Below are positions 26,909 to 37,087 of a stretch of DNA of 62,716 nucleotides, piece by piece. The DNA is from Candidatus Shapirobacteria bacterium (GTDB taxonomy: Bacteria > Patescibacteriota > Microgenomatia > UBA12405): assembly GCA_028700625.1 (NCBI GenBank), contig JAQVSI010000003.1, forward strand, positions 1-62,716. Direction: 5' to 3'. Positions within the stretch are counted from its first letter, which is position 1; every line of letters begins with the position of its first letter. The position numbers and the translations under genes were made by a program. Below the pieces are notes generated by a model. That model saw nothing but the letters and a program-made list of their open reading frames with translations. It was not told the origin of the DNA and made no database searches.

Positions 26909-28021
26909 TTAATTCTTTTTATTTATCAAATCATCCAAAATTCTCCATCTTCTTTTCTTTTCACTTTGAGGGATTTCATCTTTATATAATTTTGCCGAAA
27001 CCGTCCCTTTCCTAGGAGAATATTTATTTACATAAGCAATTTCAAATTTTGCTTTTTTACAAAGTTTAACTGTGTTTTGAAAAGCTTTTTCATCTTCTCC
27101 TGGAAATCCGATAATAATATCTGTTGAAAATCTGACATTAGGAACTTTGTCTCTAATTTTTTTAATCAAATTTATATATTCTTTAGAAGTATAACCACGA
27201 TTCATTTTTTTTAAAACTTCATCATCACCGGCTTGAAAAGGTAAATGAAGCAGTCGATCAATATTTGAATATTTAGCAATTGTTTCAATTAATTCGTCGG
27301 AAAAATCCCACGGATTACTACTAACAAAAGAAACTTTTTGCAAATCTTTTTTGGCTACTTCTTCTAATAATTTATGAAAAGAACTTTTAAATCTTTTCTT
27401 TCCCATTGAAACTTCGGTCTCATCATTAAAATCTGCTCCATATGAATTAACATTTTGTCCAATAAGTAACACTTCCTTAAATCCATTTTTAATTACTTCA
27501 TCAACTTCTTTTAGAATTTCTTCCATTGGTTTGGATAGTTCTGGCCCTCGAGCAAAGGGGACTATACAATAGCTACAAAAATTACTACAACCAAAACTAA
27601 TTGGAATTAAAGCTAAATCTTTTTTATCTCTAATTGGATCAAGTTTAAAACTGATTTTTTCAATTGGTAAAAACTCTGAAACTTCAGGAAAATCTCTTTT
27701 TAATTGATTGAGTTTTTTACCAGTTTTATCTTTGTGTGCCAACCCAGCCAAACATCCCGTCACAATTATTTTTACTTGGCCATCCGTAGCTTTAGTGAAG
27801 GAGGTTTTTTTGTTCCATTGATTTATCAAGTTAATTAATCCATATACCCTATTTTCCGCCGATTCTCGAATAATACAGGTATTAATAATTACCAAGTCTG
27901 ATTTTTTCCAATTATCGATTTCCTCATATCCTTTATTCCAATAAAAAGCCTTTATCCTTTCCGAATCGGCCGTATTTTGAATACACCCAAATGTTTTAAT
28001 AAAAAATTTCAACTTTTTCAT
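26909..28021 (-). CDS. MiaB/RimO-family radical-SAM methylthiotransferase lacking TRAM domain
   Basis: MTTase N-domain (FIKTFGCIQNTADSE), radical-SAM CSNFCSYC. Ends right after YSPRKGT...RRWRILDDL. I use ATG 28021; the track start at 28123 is an upstream extension. Confidence 0.85.
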   Translation of the reverse strand: MKKLKFFIKTFGCIQNTADSERIKAFYWNKGYEEIDNWKKSDLVIINTCIIRESAENRVYGLINLINQWNKKTSFTKATDGQVKIIVTGCLAGLAHKDKTGKKLNQLKRDFPEVSEFLPIEKISFKLDPIRDKKDLALIPISFGCSNFCSYCIVPFARGPELSKPMEEILKEVDEVIKNGFKEVLLIGQNVNSYGADFNDETEVSMGKKRFKSSFHKLLEEVAKKDLQKVSFVSSNPWDFSDELIETIAKYSNIDRLLHLPFQAGDDEVLKKMNRGYTSKEYINLIKKIRDKVPNVRFSTDIIIGFPGEDEKAFQNTVKLCKKAKFEIAYVNKYSPRKGTVSAKLYKDEIPQSEKKRRWRILDDLINKKN

Positions 28022-28054
28022 TGCCAATTTTATCAAAAAGTGAGAAACTAATTC

Positions 28055-28903
28055 ATGGACAATCAAACAAACCCTCAAGAACCTGTTAATCAGGCACTTC
28101 CCCAAGAAGAAATTATTCCTCAAGAACCAGTTATTGAAGAAACACCGATTTTAGAAACTCAAGCCCTAGAACCAAAACAAGTTATTCAAGAAACTCCAGA
28201 AAGAGAATCAGAGCCAGAAATTCAACCAGAAACAGAAGTCCAATCAGAAGCAAAAATTTTACTAACTGGACCCACTGTTCCGTCCGAAGAATATCAAAAA
28301 ATAATTGATGATTATAAAAAAAACACTCAACCAGAATCAGAACCAATCGAAGCAGCCCCAGAACCAAAACAAGTTATTCAAGAAACTCCAGAAAGAGAAT
28401 CAGAGCCAGAAATTCAACCAGAAACAAGAGCAGACGTTCAAACACAACCAAAATCTCCAGAAGAACAACTTCAAGATCTTGGTATTACCACTCCACCAAA
28501 AACGGGTGGTGGATTTTTAAAAGGTCTTTTTGTTTTTTCTTTAGTCATTTTTGTTTTAGTTCTTGCTGCTCTTGGCTTTTTTTATTTTAAAAATCAAAAT
28601 AATTCTGATTCTTTAAATAATAATGTCAGTGAAATTACACCAACTCCAATTTCAACAGATCTTTGTTCTTTAAATGATAAAACATATCAAATAGGGGAAT
28701 CTTTTCCGTCCACCGATGGTTGTAACACCTGTACTTGTGAATCAATAAATGTCATTACTTGTACAGAAAAAGCCTGTGCCCCAATTCCAACCTCCGTTGC
28801 CACCAACTCAGCCAATAAATTAACTATTACTCCAACCAAAACAGCAACTTCGTCAGTAAAAAAGACAACCTCAACAGCGACCCCTTCATCAACTATTGAG
28901 TAA
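28055..28903 (+). CDS. Membrane protein with acidic P/E/Q-rich repeat N-terminus and Cys-rich ectodomain
   Basis: 282 aa. Duplicated EPKQVIQETPERESEPEIQPET, a TM helix (LFVFSLVIFVLVLAALGFFYF), a six-Cys module with CNTCTC, and a T/S/P-rich tail. Confidence 0.65.
   Translation: MDNQTNPQEPVNQALPQEEIIPQEPVIEETPILETQALEPKQVIQETPERESEPEIQPETEVQSEAKILLTGPTVPSEEYQKIIDDYKKNTQPESEPIEAAPEPKQVIQETPERESEPEIQPETRADVQTQPKSPEEQLQDLGITTPPKTGGGFLKGLFVFSLVIFVLVLAALGFFYFKNQNNSDSLNNNVSEITPTPISTDLCSLNDKTYQIGESFPSTDGCNTCTCESINVITCTEKACAPIPTSVATNSANKLTITPTKTATSSVKKTTSTATPSSTIE
28168..28234 (+). repeat. 67-nt perfect direct repeat, copy 1 (intragenic)
   Basis: agaaccaaaacaagttattcaagaaactccagaaagagaatcagagccagaaattcaaccagaaaca, identical to 28360-28426. 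The offset is 192 nt, so it is in frame. Confidence 0.9.
28360..28426 (+). repeat. 67-nt perfect direct repeat, copy 2 (intragenic)
   Basis: Identical to 28168-28234. Confidence 0.9.
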
Positions 28904-28918
28904 GCTCAAACCTACCTG

Positions 28919-28947
28919 TTGACCGCTATTGACAAAGTGCGTATAAT
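28919..28947 (+). promoter_or_regulatory. rpoBC promoter: TTGACC-17 nt-TATAAT
   Basis: ttgacc 28919-28924, 17-nt spacer, tataat 28942-28947. This implies a leader of about 55 nt to the rpoB start. Confidence 0.6.
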
Positions 28948-29010
28948 ACCCCTATTCGGCCGAGCCGTTGGAACATAACTCGTCCTTTTTTTAATAATTA
29001 AATTTGTTTG

Positions 29011-32000
29011 ATGCCTTCTGTAAAAAGAACTCAATGGGGTAAACACTACCCAAACCTTCCTAAGTTAGATTTAATTCAAATCCAAAAAGAATCTTGGAAA
29101 GAATTTTTAGAAAAAGAACTGATTGAAACCGTCCAATCAATTTCGCCAATAAATGATTACACTGGTAATAACTGGGAACTTCAGCTTGGTGAATTAACCT
29201 ATGATCCAATCACCGTCTCTCCAACCATGGCCAAAAGAAAAGGTGTAAATTACACCGTTCCTGTCCGTATTAAAGCCAAATTAACCAATAAAAGAACCGG
29301 TAATGTTCGAGAAGAAGAAGTATTTTTCTTAAACCTCCCAACTATGACCGATGAAGGAACTTTCCTTATCAACGGTATCGAAAGAGGTGTCATTAATCAA
29401 TTAGTCAGATCTCCAGGTGTTTATTTTACTGGTCAAAACGATCCTGCCACTGGCAAAACTCTCTACAATGCTGAAATTAGACCTGTTCGTGGTTCTTGGT
29501 TAGAATTTTTTGTTGGTAAAAAAGATGTAATTTTTGCTAGGATTGATCGAAAAAAGAAGTTTCCAGCTACCATCATTTTACGAGCTGCGTGCCAAATGGG
29601 TGACAAACAATTAATCTCTGAGTTCGGTGATTTTATCTCTAATACTATCACTGCTGATATTTCTAAAACTTCCGAAGAAGCTGTTCTAGAGTTCTATCGA
29701 AAACTCCGACCAGGTGAACCTGTCGTTCTTGAAAATGCTCAAAAATTTTTTAATGAAAGATTTTTTGATTTAAGAACTTATGAATTAGGTAACGTTGGTC
29801 GTTACAAAATTAATAAAAAATTTGGATTTAAATTTAAAGATGACGATAAAGAAAATTGGATTTTAAGAAAAGAAGACTTGGTTTCTACTATTAAATACTT
29901 AATCCAACTTCAAAAAGGTGAAATTACTCGTCTTGATGATATCGACAGTCTTGCCAATCGACGTCTTCGTCGTTGTGGTGAAATCGTTTCCCAAATTGCT
30001 ATTCGTCCAGCCTTAGCTAGATTTGAAAGAATGGTTAAAGAAAGAATGAGCTTGATTTCTACTAAAGAAAAACCAGCTCCTTCTCAAATGATCAATCCTC
30101 AACCACTAATTTCTGCTCTCAATACTTTTTTCCGATCAAATCAGCTTTCTGCTATTTTAGATCAAACTAATCCTTTAGCCGAACTTGATTTACTTCGAAG
30201 AGTCACTGTTGTTGGTGTTGGTGGTTTAACCCGAGAACGCGCTGCTTTCTCAATTCGTGACGTTCACAGTTCCCAATATGGTCGTATTTGTGCTGTTCGT
30301 TCTCCAGAAGGTCCAAACATCGGCCTCGTTACTTATCTTGCTCTCTATTCTAAAGTTAATAAATATGGATTTTTGGAAGCTCCTTTCAGAAAACTAGAAA
30401 AAGTCAAAGGTGGTTATGCTTTTTCAAAAGATTATGTTTATATTGATGCCGAAGATGAATTCGAAAAGAAAATCACTCATTTAGATATCAAATTTAATGA
30501 AGAAGGTATTACTAAACAAGAATGGGTTCCAATTCGTTATCAAGGTGAATTTTCAGAAGGTCCCATTAGTCAGGTTGAATACATTGATTTGGTTCCAAAT
30601 CAAATTGTTGGTGCTTCAGCTTCTCTAATTCCTTTTGTTGATCATGATGATGCTACTCGTGCTCTTATGGGTTCCCACATGCAGACTCAAGCAGTTCCTT
30701 TAATTGCTCCAGAATCTCCTTATGTTGGTACAGGTATGGAAGCCACTGTTACTACCTCCATGAGGAGAACAGTTTTAGCTAAACACTCAGGAAAAGTTTC
30801 CTATGTCGATGGTAGTAAAATTATTGTCGAACTTAATAAAAAAGCTACAGAACCTGGTTGTGAAGCTAGTGAAATCAGTAATGATGGTAAGATTGAAACC
30901 TACAATTTAACTAAATTTTTAAGAACTTCACCATATGGTACTTGTTACAATCAAAAAGCTGTAGTTAATGCTGGTGACATTATCAAAGAAGGTGATTTGT
31001 TAATTGATGGTCCTTCCACTGACGGTGGAGAACTCTCGATTGGTCGAAATCTTTTAGTTGCCTATGCTTCTATTGATGGTTTATCTTATGAAGATTCTTT
31101 CTTAATTTCTGATCGTTTAGTTAAAGAAGACGTTTTGACCAATGTTCAGATTTACGAATACTCAGCTCAAGTTGTTGAAACTAAATTAGGCTCTGAAGAG
31201 TTAACCAAAGATATTCCAAATGTTTCTGAAAATGAATTATCTAAATTAACTGAAGATGGTATTGTTATGATTGGTGCTACTGTTGGTCCAAACGATATTT
31301 TAGTTGGTAAAGTTGAACCTCGTGGCGAAAAAGAATTATCTGCAGAAGAAAGATTGCTTCGTGCCATTTTTGGTGAAAAAGCTAGAGAAGTTAAAGATAC
31401 TTCTCTTCGTGTTGCCAATGGTGAAGGTGGAGTTGTCATTAAAGTCGATATCTTAGATAAAGATAAAGGTGACGAATTAGATCCAGGTGTTAATAAAGAA
31501 GTTAAGGTTTATGTTGCTCAAATTAGACGTATTCAAGAAGGTGACAAGATCGCCGGAAGACACGGAAACAAAGGTGTAATTTGTAGAATTATGCCTCAAT
31601 ACGACATGCCTCGTCTTGCTGATGGTACTCCAGTTGATTTAGTTATGTCTCCTCTCTCTGTTGTTGCTCGTATGAATTTAGGACAGATCCTAGAAGTTGC
31701 CTTAGCTTACGCTGGATATAAACTTGGTAAGAAATATGCTGTTCCAGTTTTTGAAAAATATTCTGAAGATGAAATTGATGAAGAAATTAAAAAAGCTGGT
31801 TTACCAACCACTTTAAAGAGTCAACTTTATGATGGTCGAACTGGTGAAGCTTATGACCAAGAATCAGTTGTTGGTATTGGTTATATTCTAAAACTTGTTC
31901 ACATGGTTGACGATAAAGTTCATTCTCGTTCCACTGGGCCTTATTCTTTAGTCACCCAGCAACCACTTGGCGGTAAAGCCAGAATGGGAGGACAAAGATT

Positions 32001-32355
32001 AGGAGAAATGGAAGTCTGGGCTCTTGAAGCACATCGTGCTGCTCATACTCTACAAGAAATGTTAACTATCAAATCGGACGATATCGAAGGTCGTACTCAT
32101 GCATTCCAAGCTATTATCAAAGGTATGCCAATTCCAGAACCAGCCATTCCAGAATCTTTTAAAGTTTTAACTAAAGAATTAGCCGGTTTGGCTCTCGATA
32201 TTTCTCCTGTCGGTCTTAGAGAAATTGACGAAACTGAAGAGGTGGAAACTTCTGAAGAAGTCAAAATCAGTCCAAAAGATATCGAAGCAGAAATTCCAGT
32301 ATCTCTAGATGCTGAGGTAGAAGGTTTAACAGTTTCAGAAGAGGAGGAACAATAA
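29011..32355 (+). CDS. rpoB: DNA-directed RNA polymerase subunit beta
   Basis: About 1114 aa with conserved beta blocks (GRHGNKGV, MNLGQILE, GGQRLGEMEVWALEA). The track start is TTG 29008, and ATG 29011 follows it immediately. Confidence 0.98.
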   Translation: MPSVKRTQWGKHYPNLPKLDLIQIQKESWKEFLEKELIETVQSISPINDYTGNNWELQLGELTYDPITVSPTMAKRKGVNYTVPVRIKAKLTNKRTGNVREEEVFFLNLPTMTDEGTFLINGIERGVINQLVRSPGVYFTGQNDPATGKTLYNAEIRPVRGSWLEFFVGKKDVIFARIDRKKKFPATIILRAACQMGDKQLISEFGDFISNTITADISKTSEEAVLEFYRKLRPGEPVVLENAQKFFNERFFDLRTYELGNVGRYKINKKFGFKFKDDDKENWILRKEDLVSTIKYLIQLQKGEITRLDDIDSLANRRLRRCGEIVSQIAIRPALARFERMVKERMSLISTKEKPAPSQMINPQPLISALNTFFRSNQLSAILDQTNPLAELDLLRRVTVVGVGGLTRERAAFSIRDVHSSQYGRICAVRSPEGPNIGLVTYLALYSKVNKYGFLEAPFRKLEKVKGGYAFSKDYVYIDAEDEFEKKITHLDIKFNEEGITKQEWVPIRYQGEFSEGPISQVEYIDLVPNQIVGASASLIPFVDHDDATRALMGSHMQTQAVPLIAPESPYVGTGMEATVTTSMRRTVLAKHSGKVSYVDGSKIIVELNKKATEPGCEASEISNDGKIETYNLTKFLRTSPYGTCYNQKAVVNAGDIIKEGDLLIDGPSTDGGELSIGRNLLVAYASIDGLSYEDSFLISDRLVKEDVLTNVQIYEYSAQVVETKLGSEELTKDIPNVSENELSKLTEDGIVMIGATVGPNDILVGKVEPRGEKELSAEERLLRAIFGEKAREVKDTSLRVANGEGGVVIKVDILDKDKGDELDPGVNKEVKVYVAQIRRIQEGDKIAGRHGNKGVICRIMPQYDMPRLADGTPVDLVMSPLSVVARMNLGQILEVALAYAGYKLGKKYAVPVFEKYSEDEIDEEIKKAGLPTTLKSQLYDGRTGEAYDQESVVGIGYILKLVHMVDDKVHSRSTGPYSLVTQQPLGGKARMGGQRLGEMEVWALEAHRAAHTLQEMLTIKSDDIEGRTHAFQAIIKGMPIPEPAIPESFKVLTKELAGLALDISPVGLREIDETEEVETSEEVKISPKDIEAEIPVSLDAEVEGLTVSEEEEQ

Positions 32356-35300
32356 TGTTTAAATTTAAAAGTATGATCGACTTTACTGGTCTCCAAATTA
32401 AATTAGCTTCTCCAGAAGAAATCTTATCTTGGTCCACTGGTGAAGTTATAAAACCAGAAACTATTAATTATCGAAGTTGGCGCCCAGAAAAAGATGGTCT
32501 CTTTTGTGAGAAAATCTTTGGACCATCAAGAGATTACGAGTGTTACTGTGGAAAATACAAAAAGATCCGATTTAAGGGTGTAATTTGTGATCGTTGTGGT
32601 GTTGAAGTTACTACTTCTAAAGTTCGACGTGAAAGAATGGGGCATTTAACTTTGGCTGCCCCTGTCACTCATCTTTGGTATCTTCGAAATACCCCATCTC
32701 CAATTGGTGTTATTCTTGACGTTCCTCAAAAAGATCTCGAATCGGTTGTTTATTTCACTAAATATCTTATTACTTCAGTCGATGATTCAAAACGTAAAGA
32801 AGCTTTAGATAATTTAGCCAGCAATTCCAAAAAAAGAATTGATCAACTTGATTCTGATACTAAAAAAACTATTGAATTAAAAACTGAAGAAATAGAAAAA
32901 GAGAAAAAAGATCTTAAAGAAAAAATTAAAAATAAAGATCAACTCTTTATTGCTCAAGACGAACGCGATATTAAGTTAAAACAAGATATTCAAAAACTTG
33001 AAAATAAAGCTACCTCGGAAAAAAATAGAATTGAGGGTTTAATCAAATATTTGGAAGAAAAAATCCAAAATCTTCAAGTTTTATCTACTCTTTCTGATGA
33101 AGAAAGTTTCTACTTGTCTCAATTTAATTCTGATATTTTCTTTACTGCTCAAATGGGAGCTGAGGCTCTTTTTGAAGTTTTAAAACAAATCGACTTAGTC
33201 GAAACTGTTAAAAATCTTAAAAAAGAATTAAATAAAACCAGTTCTAAACTTAAGAAAAAGAAAATCATGTATAAGATTCGTATCTTAAACGGTATGATCG
33301 AAAACAAGATTAATCCAGAATGGATGGTTCTTACTCAAGTCCCCGTCATTCCACCAGATTTGCGTCCTATGGTTCAACTTACTGGAGGTCGTTTTGCTAC
33401 TTCTGATTTAAATGATCTATATCGCCGTTTAATTAATCGAAATAATCGTCTTAAAAAATTACTCAAACTTGGTGCTCCAGAAATCATTTTGAGAAATGAA
33501 AAAAGAATGCTCCAAGAATCTGTCGATATTTTGATCGATGCTCAAAAAAGTTCTAAAAACAAAAGAAAGAGCGCAAAACGTACTCCTAGATCGCTGTCAG
33601 ATCTTTTGAGAGGTAAAAAAGGACGTTTTCGACGTAACTTACTTGGTAAGCGTGTTGATTATTCTGGTCGTTCAGTTATCGTTGTTGGTCCTGAATTAAG
33701 ATTAAATCAAGTTGGTCTTCCAAAAGAAATTGCTCTCGAGATGTATCGACCTTTTGTTCTTCGTGAACTTATGGCTACTGGCATCGCTGCTAATATTAAA
33801 AGTGCTAAGAATTTAATTGATCATCGTATTAATGAAGTTTATGATATTTTGGAAAGAGTCACTAAAAAGACTTATGTATTATTAAATCGTGCTCCAACCT
33901 TACACAAACTTTCTATTCAAGCCTTCAGACCAATTTTGGTCGACGGCCTCGCCATCAGACTCCACCCTTGTGTTTGTAAAGCTTTCAATGCTGATTTTGA
34001 TGGAGATCAAATGGGTGTTCATTTACCTCTTTCCGACGCCTCTCAAAGAGAAGCTAAAAGATTGATGTTGCCATCCCACAATTTGCTTAAACCATCAGAC
34101 GGTAATCCAGTTTCTGTTCCAACTCAAGAAATGGCAGTCGGGTGTTATTACATAACTTCTGTCAGATCTGAAGATCTTGAGAAAGAAAAGACAGAATCTT
34201 TTGAAGGACTTTCAATCTTTGGCGACACTGCAGAGGTTGAATTAGCCTACGAATCCAAAAAGATTGCTCTCAGAGAATTAATCGTTGTCAAATTAAATGG
34301 CGTTTTAACCAAAACTACTTATGGTCGTATTTGGTTTAATCAAATTCTTCCAGAAGAATTTGTTTATTTAAATGAAGCTATGGCTGGTTCTAAATCAGTT
34401 AATGATCTTGTTGTAAAATCAATCGAGATTGCTGGTCGTTTAAAGACTGTTAAATTAATAGATTCTCTTAAAGACATTGGTTTCATTGGATTTACTCTTT
34501 CTGGTCTTTCTCTTTCTATGGCTGACTGTGGTAATTTACCTGGAAAAGAAAAACTTATTATCGAAGCTAATAATCATGTTGCAGAAATTGAAGAAAACTA
34601 TAAAAATGGCTTAATCAGCAATGATGAAAAGAAACGACTTTCTCAATCCGTTTGGATGGAAAAAACCGAAGAAATTGCCGAAAAAACTTGGGCAACTTTA
34701 GATATTGATTCTCCAATGCGGATTATTTCTGCTGCAGGTATTAAACGTGCATCTAAAGATCAAATTAAACAGCTTTCAGGTATGAGAGGTTTAATGGTCG
34801 ATCCAACTGGAAAAATTGTTCAACTTCCAACCAAGTCGAATTTCCGAGAAGGACTCTCTGTTTTCGAATATGTTACCGGTGCTCGTGGAACCCGTAAAGG
34901 TTTGGCTGATACTGCTTTGAAAACTGCTGATGCTGGTTACTTAACCAGAAGACTAGTTGATGCTGCTCATGTAGCTATTATTAAAATGGACGATTGTCAT
35001 ACTGATAAATTCATTACCATTGATGCTAATGAAAAAACTAGAGAAAGATCTTTTACAAAAAGAATTTTAGGCAGAGTTTTGGCTACTGATATTATTGATT
35101 CTAAAACCAAAAAAGTTTTAATAGAGAAGGGGACTTTGTTAAACAACGAAGATGTTGCTTTAATAGAGAAAAACGAAATAACTACCGTGGATATTCGTTC
35201 TCCTTTAACTTGTAATTCTGAAACTGGTTTATGTCAAAAATGTTATGGTTGGGATCTGTCCACCAGAAGACTAGTTCAAGTCGGTGTCCCAGTTGGTGTC

Positions 35301-36089
35301 ATTGCTGCTCAATCCATCGGTGAACCAGGCACTCAATTAACTCTTCGAACCAAACACACTGGAGGTGTTGTTGGTGTTGATGTTACTCAAGGTTTACCTC
35401 GTGTTCAAGAATTATTTGAAATCAGAATGCCAAAAGTTCCTTCTCCTTTAGCCGAAATTAGTGGAAAAGTTAAAGTTAAAGAAACTATTGACGGCTACGA
35501 AATCAAGCTTACTGGTAAAGATAATGATAATAATGCTAAAGTCATTAATTACATCTTACCTTTAAATGTAACTCTTCTAATCGCCGATGGTGATTTAATC
35601 GCAAGTGGAACTCAACTTTGCTCAGGTTCTCTTGATGTCCGCGAAGTCATGGAAGTCAGAGGCATTGAAAGTGCTCAAAGATATTTAATCAACAGCATTC
35701 AAGGTGTTTATGAATCTCAAGGAATTGGTATTCATGATAAACATCTAGAAGTTATGGTCAAAGAAATGAGTGACAAAATCAAAATTGAAGATCCAGGTGA
35801 CACAACTTTCCTCTATGGACAAACTGTTACTGCTGCCGTTTTCCACGCTGCAAACGACAAAGCTAAAGCTAATAAAAATGGCAAACCAGCCGTTGGTAAA
35901 AAAGTTTTACTCGGTTTAATCAATTCTGCCTTAACTACTGGTTCCTGGTTGTCTGCTGCTTCTTTCCAACAAACCACTAGTGTTTTGACCGAAGCTTCTT
36001 TACTTGCTGAAGTCGACGGCTTGATTGGTCTCAAGGAAAATGTTATTATCGGACGATTGATTCCTGTCAGCAAAAATCAAAATATATAA
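32355..36089 (+). CDS. rpoC: DNA-directed RNA polymerase subunit beta'
   Basis: Zinc-binding CYCGKYKK...CDRCGVEV and catalytic NADFDGDQM. The start overlaps the rpoB stop (taATG). Confidence 0.98.
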   Translation: MFKFKSMIDFTGLQIKLASPEEILSWSTGEVIKPETINYRSWRPEKDGLFCEKIFGPSRDYECYCGKYKKIRFKGVICDRCGVEVTTSKVRRERMGHLTLAAPVTHLWYLRNTPSPIGVILDVPQKDLESVVYFTKYLITSVDDSKRKEALDNLASNSKKRIDQLDSDTKKTIELKTEEIEKEKKDLKEKIKNKDQLFIAQDERDIKLKQDIQKLENKATSEKNRIEGLIKYLEEKIQNLQVLSTLSDEESFYLSQFNSDIFFTAQMGAEALFEVLKQIDLVETVKNLKKELNKTSSKLKKKKIMYKIRILNGMIENKINPEWMVLTQVPVIPPDLRPMVQLTGGRFATSDLNDLYRRLINRNNRLKKLLKLGAPEIILRNEKRMLQESVDILIDAQKSSKNKRKSAKRTPRSLSDLLRGKKGRFRRNLLGKRVDYSGRSVIVVGPELRLNQVGLPKEIALEMYRPFVLRELMATGIAANIKSAKNLIDHRINEVYDILERVTKKTYVLLNRAPTLHKLSIQAFRPILVDGLAIRLHPCVCKAFNADFDGDQMGVHLPLSDASQREAKRLMLPSHNLLKPSDGNPVSVPTQEMAVGCYYITSVRSEDLEKEKTESFEGLSIFGDTAEVELAYESKKIALRELIVVKLNGVLTKTTYGRIWFNQILPEEFVYLNEAMAGSKSVNDLVVKSIEIAGRLKTVKLIDSLKDIGFIGFTLSGLSLSMADCGNLPGKEKLIIEANNHVAEIEENYKNGLISNDEKKRLSQSVWMEKTEEIAEKTWATLDIDSPMRIISAAGIKRASKDQIKQLSGMRGLMVDPTGKIVQLPTKSNFREGLSVFEYVTGARGTRKGLADTALKTADAGYLTRRLVDAAHVAIIKMDDCHTDKFITIDANEKTRERSFTKRILGRVLATDIIDSKTKKVLIEKGTLLNNEDVALIEKNEITTVDIRSPLTCNSETGLCQKCYGWDLSTRRLVQVGVPVGVIAAQSIGEPGTQLTLRTKHTGGVVGVDVTQGLPRVQELFEIRMPKVPSPLAEISGKVKVKETIDGYEIKLTGKDNDNNAKVINYILPLNVTLLIADGDLIASGTQLCSGSLDVREVMEVRGIESAQRYLINSIQGVYESQGIGIHDKHLEVMVKEMSDKIKIEDPGDTTFLYGQTVTAAVFHAANDKAKANKNGKPAVGKKVLLGLINSALTTGSWLSAASFQQTTSVLTEASLLAEVDGLIGLKENVIIGRLIPVSKNQNI

Positions 36090-36093
36090 AAAT

Positions 36094-36516
36094 ATGCCAA
36101 CAACTAACCAACTAATAAAAACTGGTCGAAAAAAGCGAGTGCAAAAGTTAAGAACTGTTGCTCTTCGAAATAGTTTCAATACTATCAATAATCGACCAAT
36201 TTCTACTATTAATCCAATCAAAAAAGGCGTGGTCATCAGTGTTAAAACAATGACACCAAAAAAACCACATTCAGCTTTACGAAAAATTGCCAAAGTTAAA
36301 CTTAGCAATCATTCTTCTGTTACTGCCTATATTCCTGGTATCGGTCACAATTTAGCCGAACACAGTATCGTCAGTATTAGAGGTGGTAGAGTTAGAGATT
36401 TACCAGGTGTCCGTTATCGTATTATTCGTGGTAAATACGACGTTGGTGCAGTTGTTGGCCGTATGCAATCTCGTAGTAAATACGGTGCTAAAAAAGCAGT
36501 TGCCAAAACCGCCTAA
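36094..36516 (+). CDS. rpsL: 30S ribosomal protein S12
   Basis: MPTTNQLIK..., [11 protein letters not shown] signature. Confidence 0.97.
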   Translation: MPTTNQLIKTGRKKRVQKLRTVALRNSFNTINNRPISTINPIKKGVVISVKTMTPKKPHSALRKIAKVKLSNHSSVTAYIPGIGHNLAEHSIVSIRGGRVRDLPGVRYRIIRGKYDVGAVVGRMQSRSKYGAKKAVAKTA

Positions 36517-36547
36517 TTAAAAATTAGAAATTAAATTAAAATAATAT

Positions 36548-37030
36548 ATGTCTAGAAAAGGAATTAACAAAACTAGAGAAGTACTTCCAGATACTATCTA
36601 TGGAAACATTACTATTAGTAAAATTATTAACGCTTGTATGAAAGATGGCAAAAGAACTGCCGCTGAAAAACAAGTCTACGATGCTATCGACTTACTCAAA
36701 AAAGAATTTCCAAAAGAGGAAATTATTGAAGTTCTAGATAGAGCCTTAGAAAATATCAGACCGAAAGTCGAAGTTAGGCCTCGTCGAATTGGTGGAGCTG
36801 TTTATCAAGTTCCAACCCCAGTTCGCGGAGTTCGCCAAAGCTCTTTAGCTCTTCGTTGGCTTATTAATGCTGCTCGTGCCAAAAGTAATAAACAATATCA
36901 TTCTTTTGCTGAAAAATTAGTTTCCGAACTATTAACTGCCCTCAATAATGAAGGTGCTGCTGTTGGTAAAAGACTGGAAATCGAAAGAATGGCCGATGCT
37001 AACAAAGCCTTTGCTCATCTCCGTTGGTAA
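36548..37030 (+). CDS. rpsG: 30S ribosomal protein S7
   Basis: 160 aa. VEVRPRRIGGAVYQVP and ...ANKAFAHLRW C-terminus. Confidence 0.97.
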   Translation: MSRKGINKTREVLPDTIYGNITISKIINACMKDGKRTAAEKQVYDAIDLLKKEFPKEEIIEVLDRALENIRPKVEVRPRRIGGAVYQVPTPVRGVRQSSLALRWLINAARAKSNKQYHSFAEKLVSELLTALNNEGAAVGKRLEIERMADANKAFAHLRW

Positions 37031-37051
37031 AAAATATCTTAAAATTTTTAA

Positions 37052-37074
37052 ACGCCCCGCCAAGGGGCGTTTTT
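37052..37074 (+). terminator. Intrinsic terminator after rpsG
   Basis: acgcccc-gccaa-ggggcgt followed by ttttg. Confidence 0.85.
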
Positions 37075-37087
37075 GTTATAATCAACT

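Noticed and set aside
28954-28992. cggc-cga-gccg mini-hairpin and T7 run in the rpoB leader as an attenuator.
   Set aside because: The 4-bp stem is not adjacent to the T-run, and the sequence preceding the T-run forms no convincing stem. Too weak to call.
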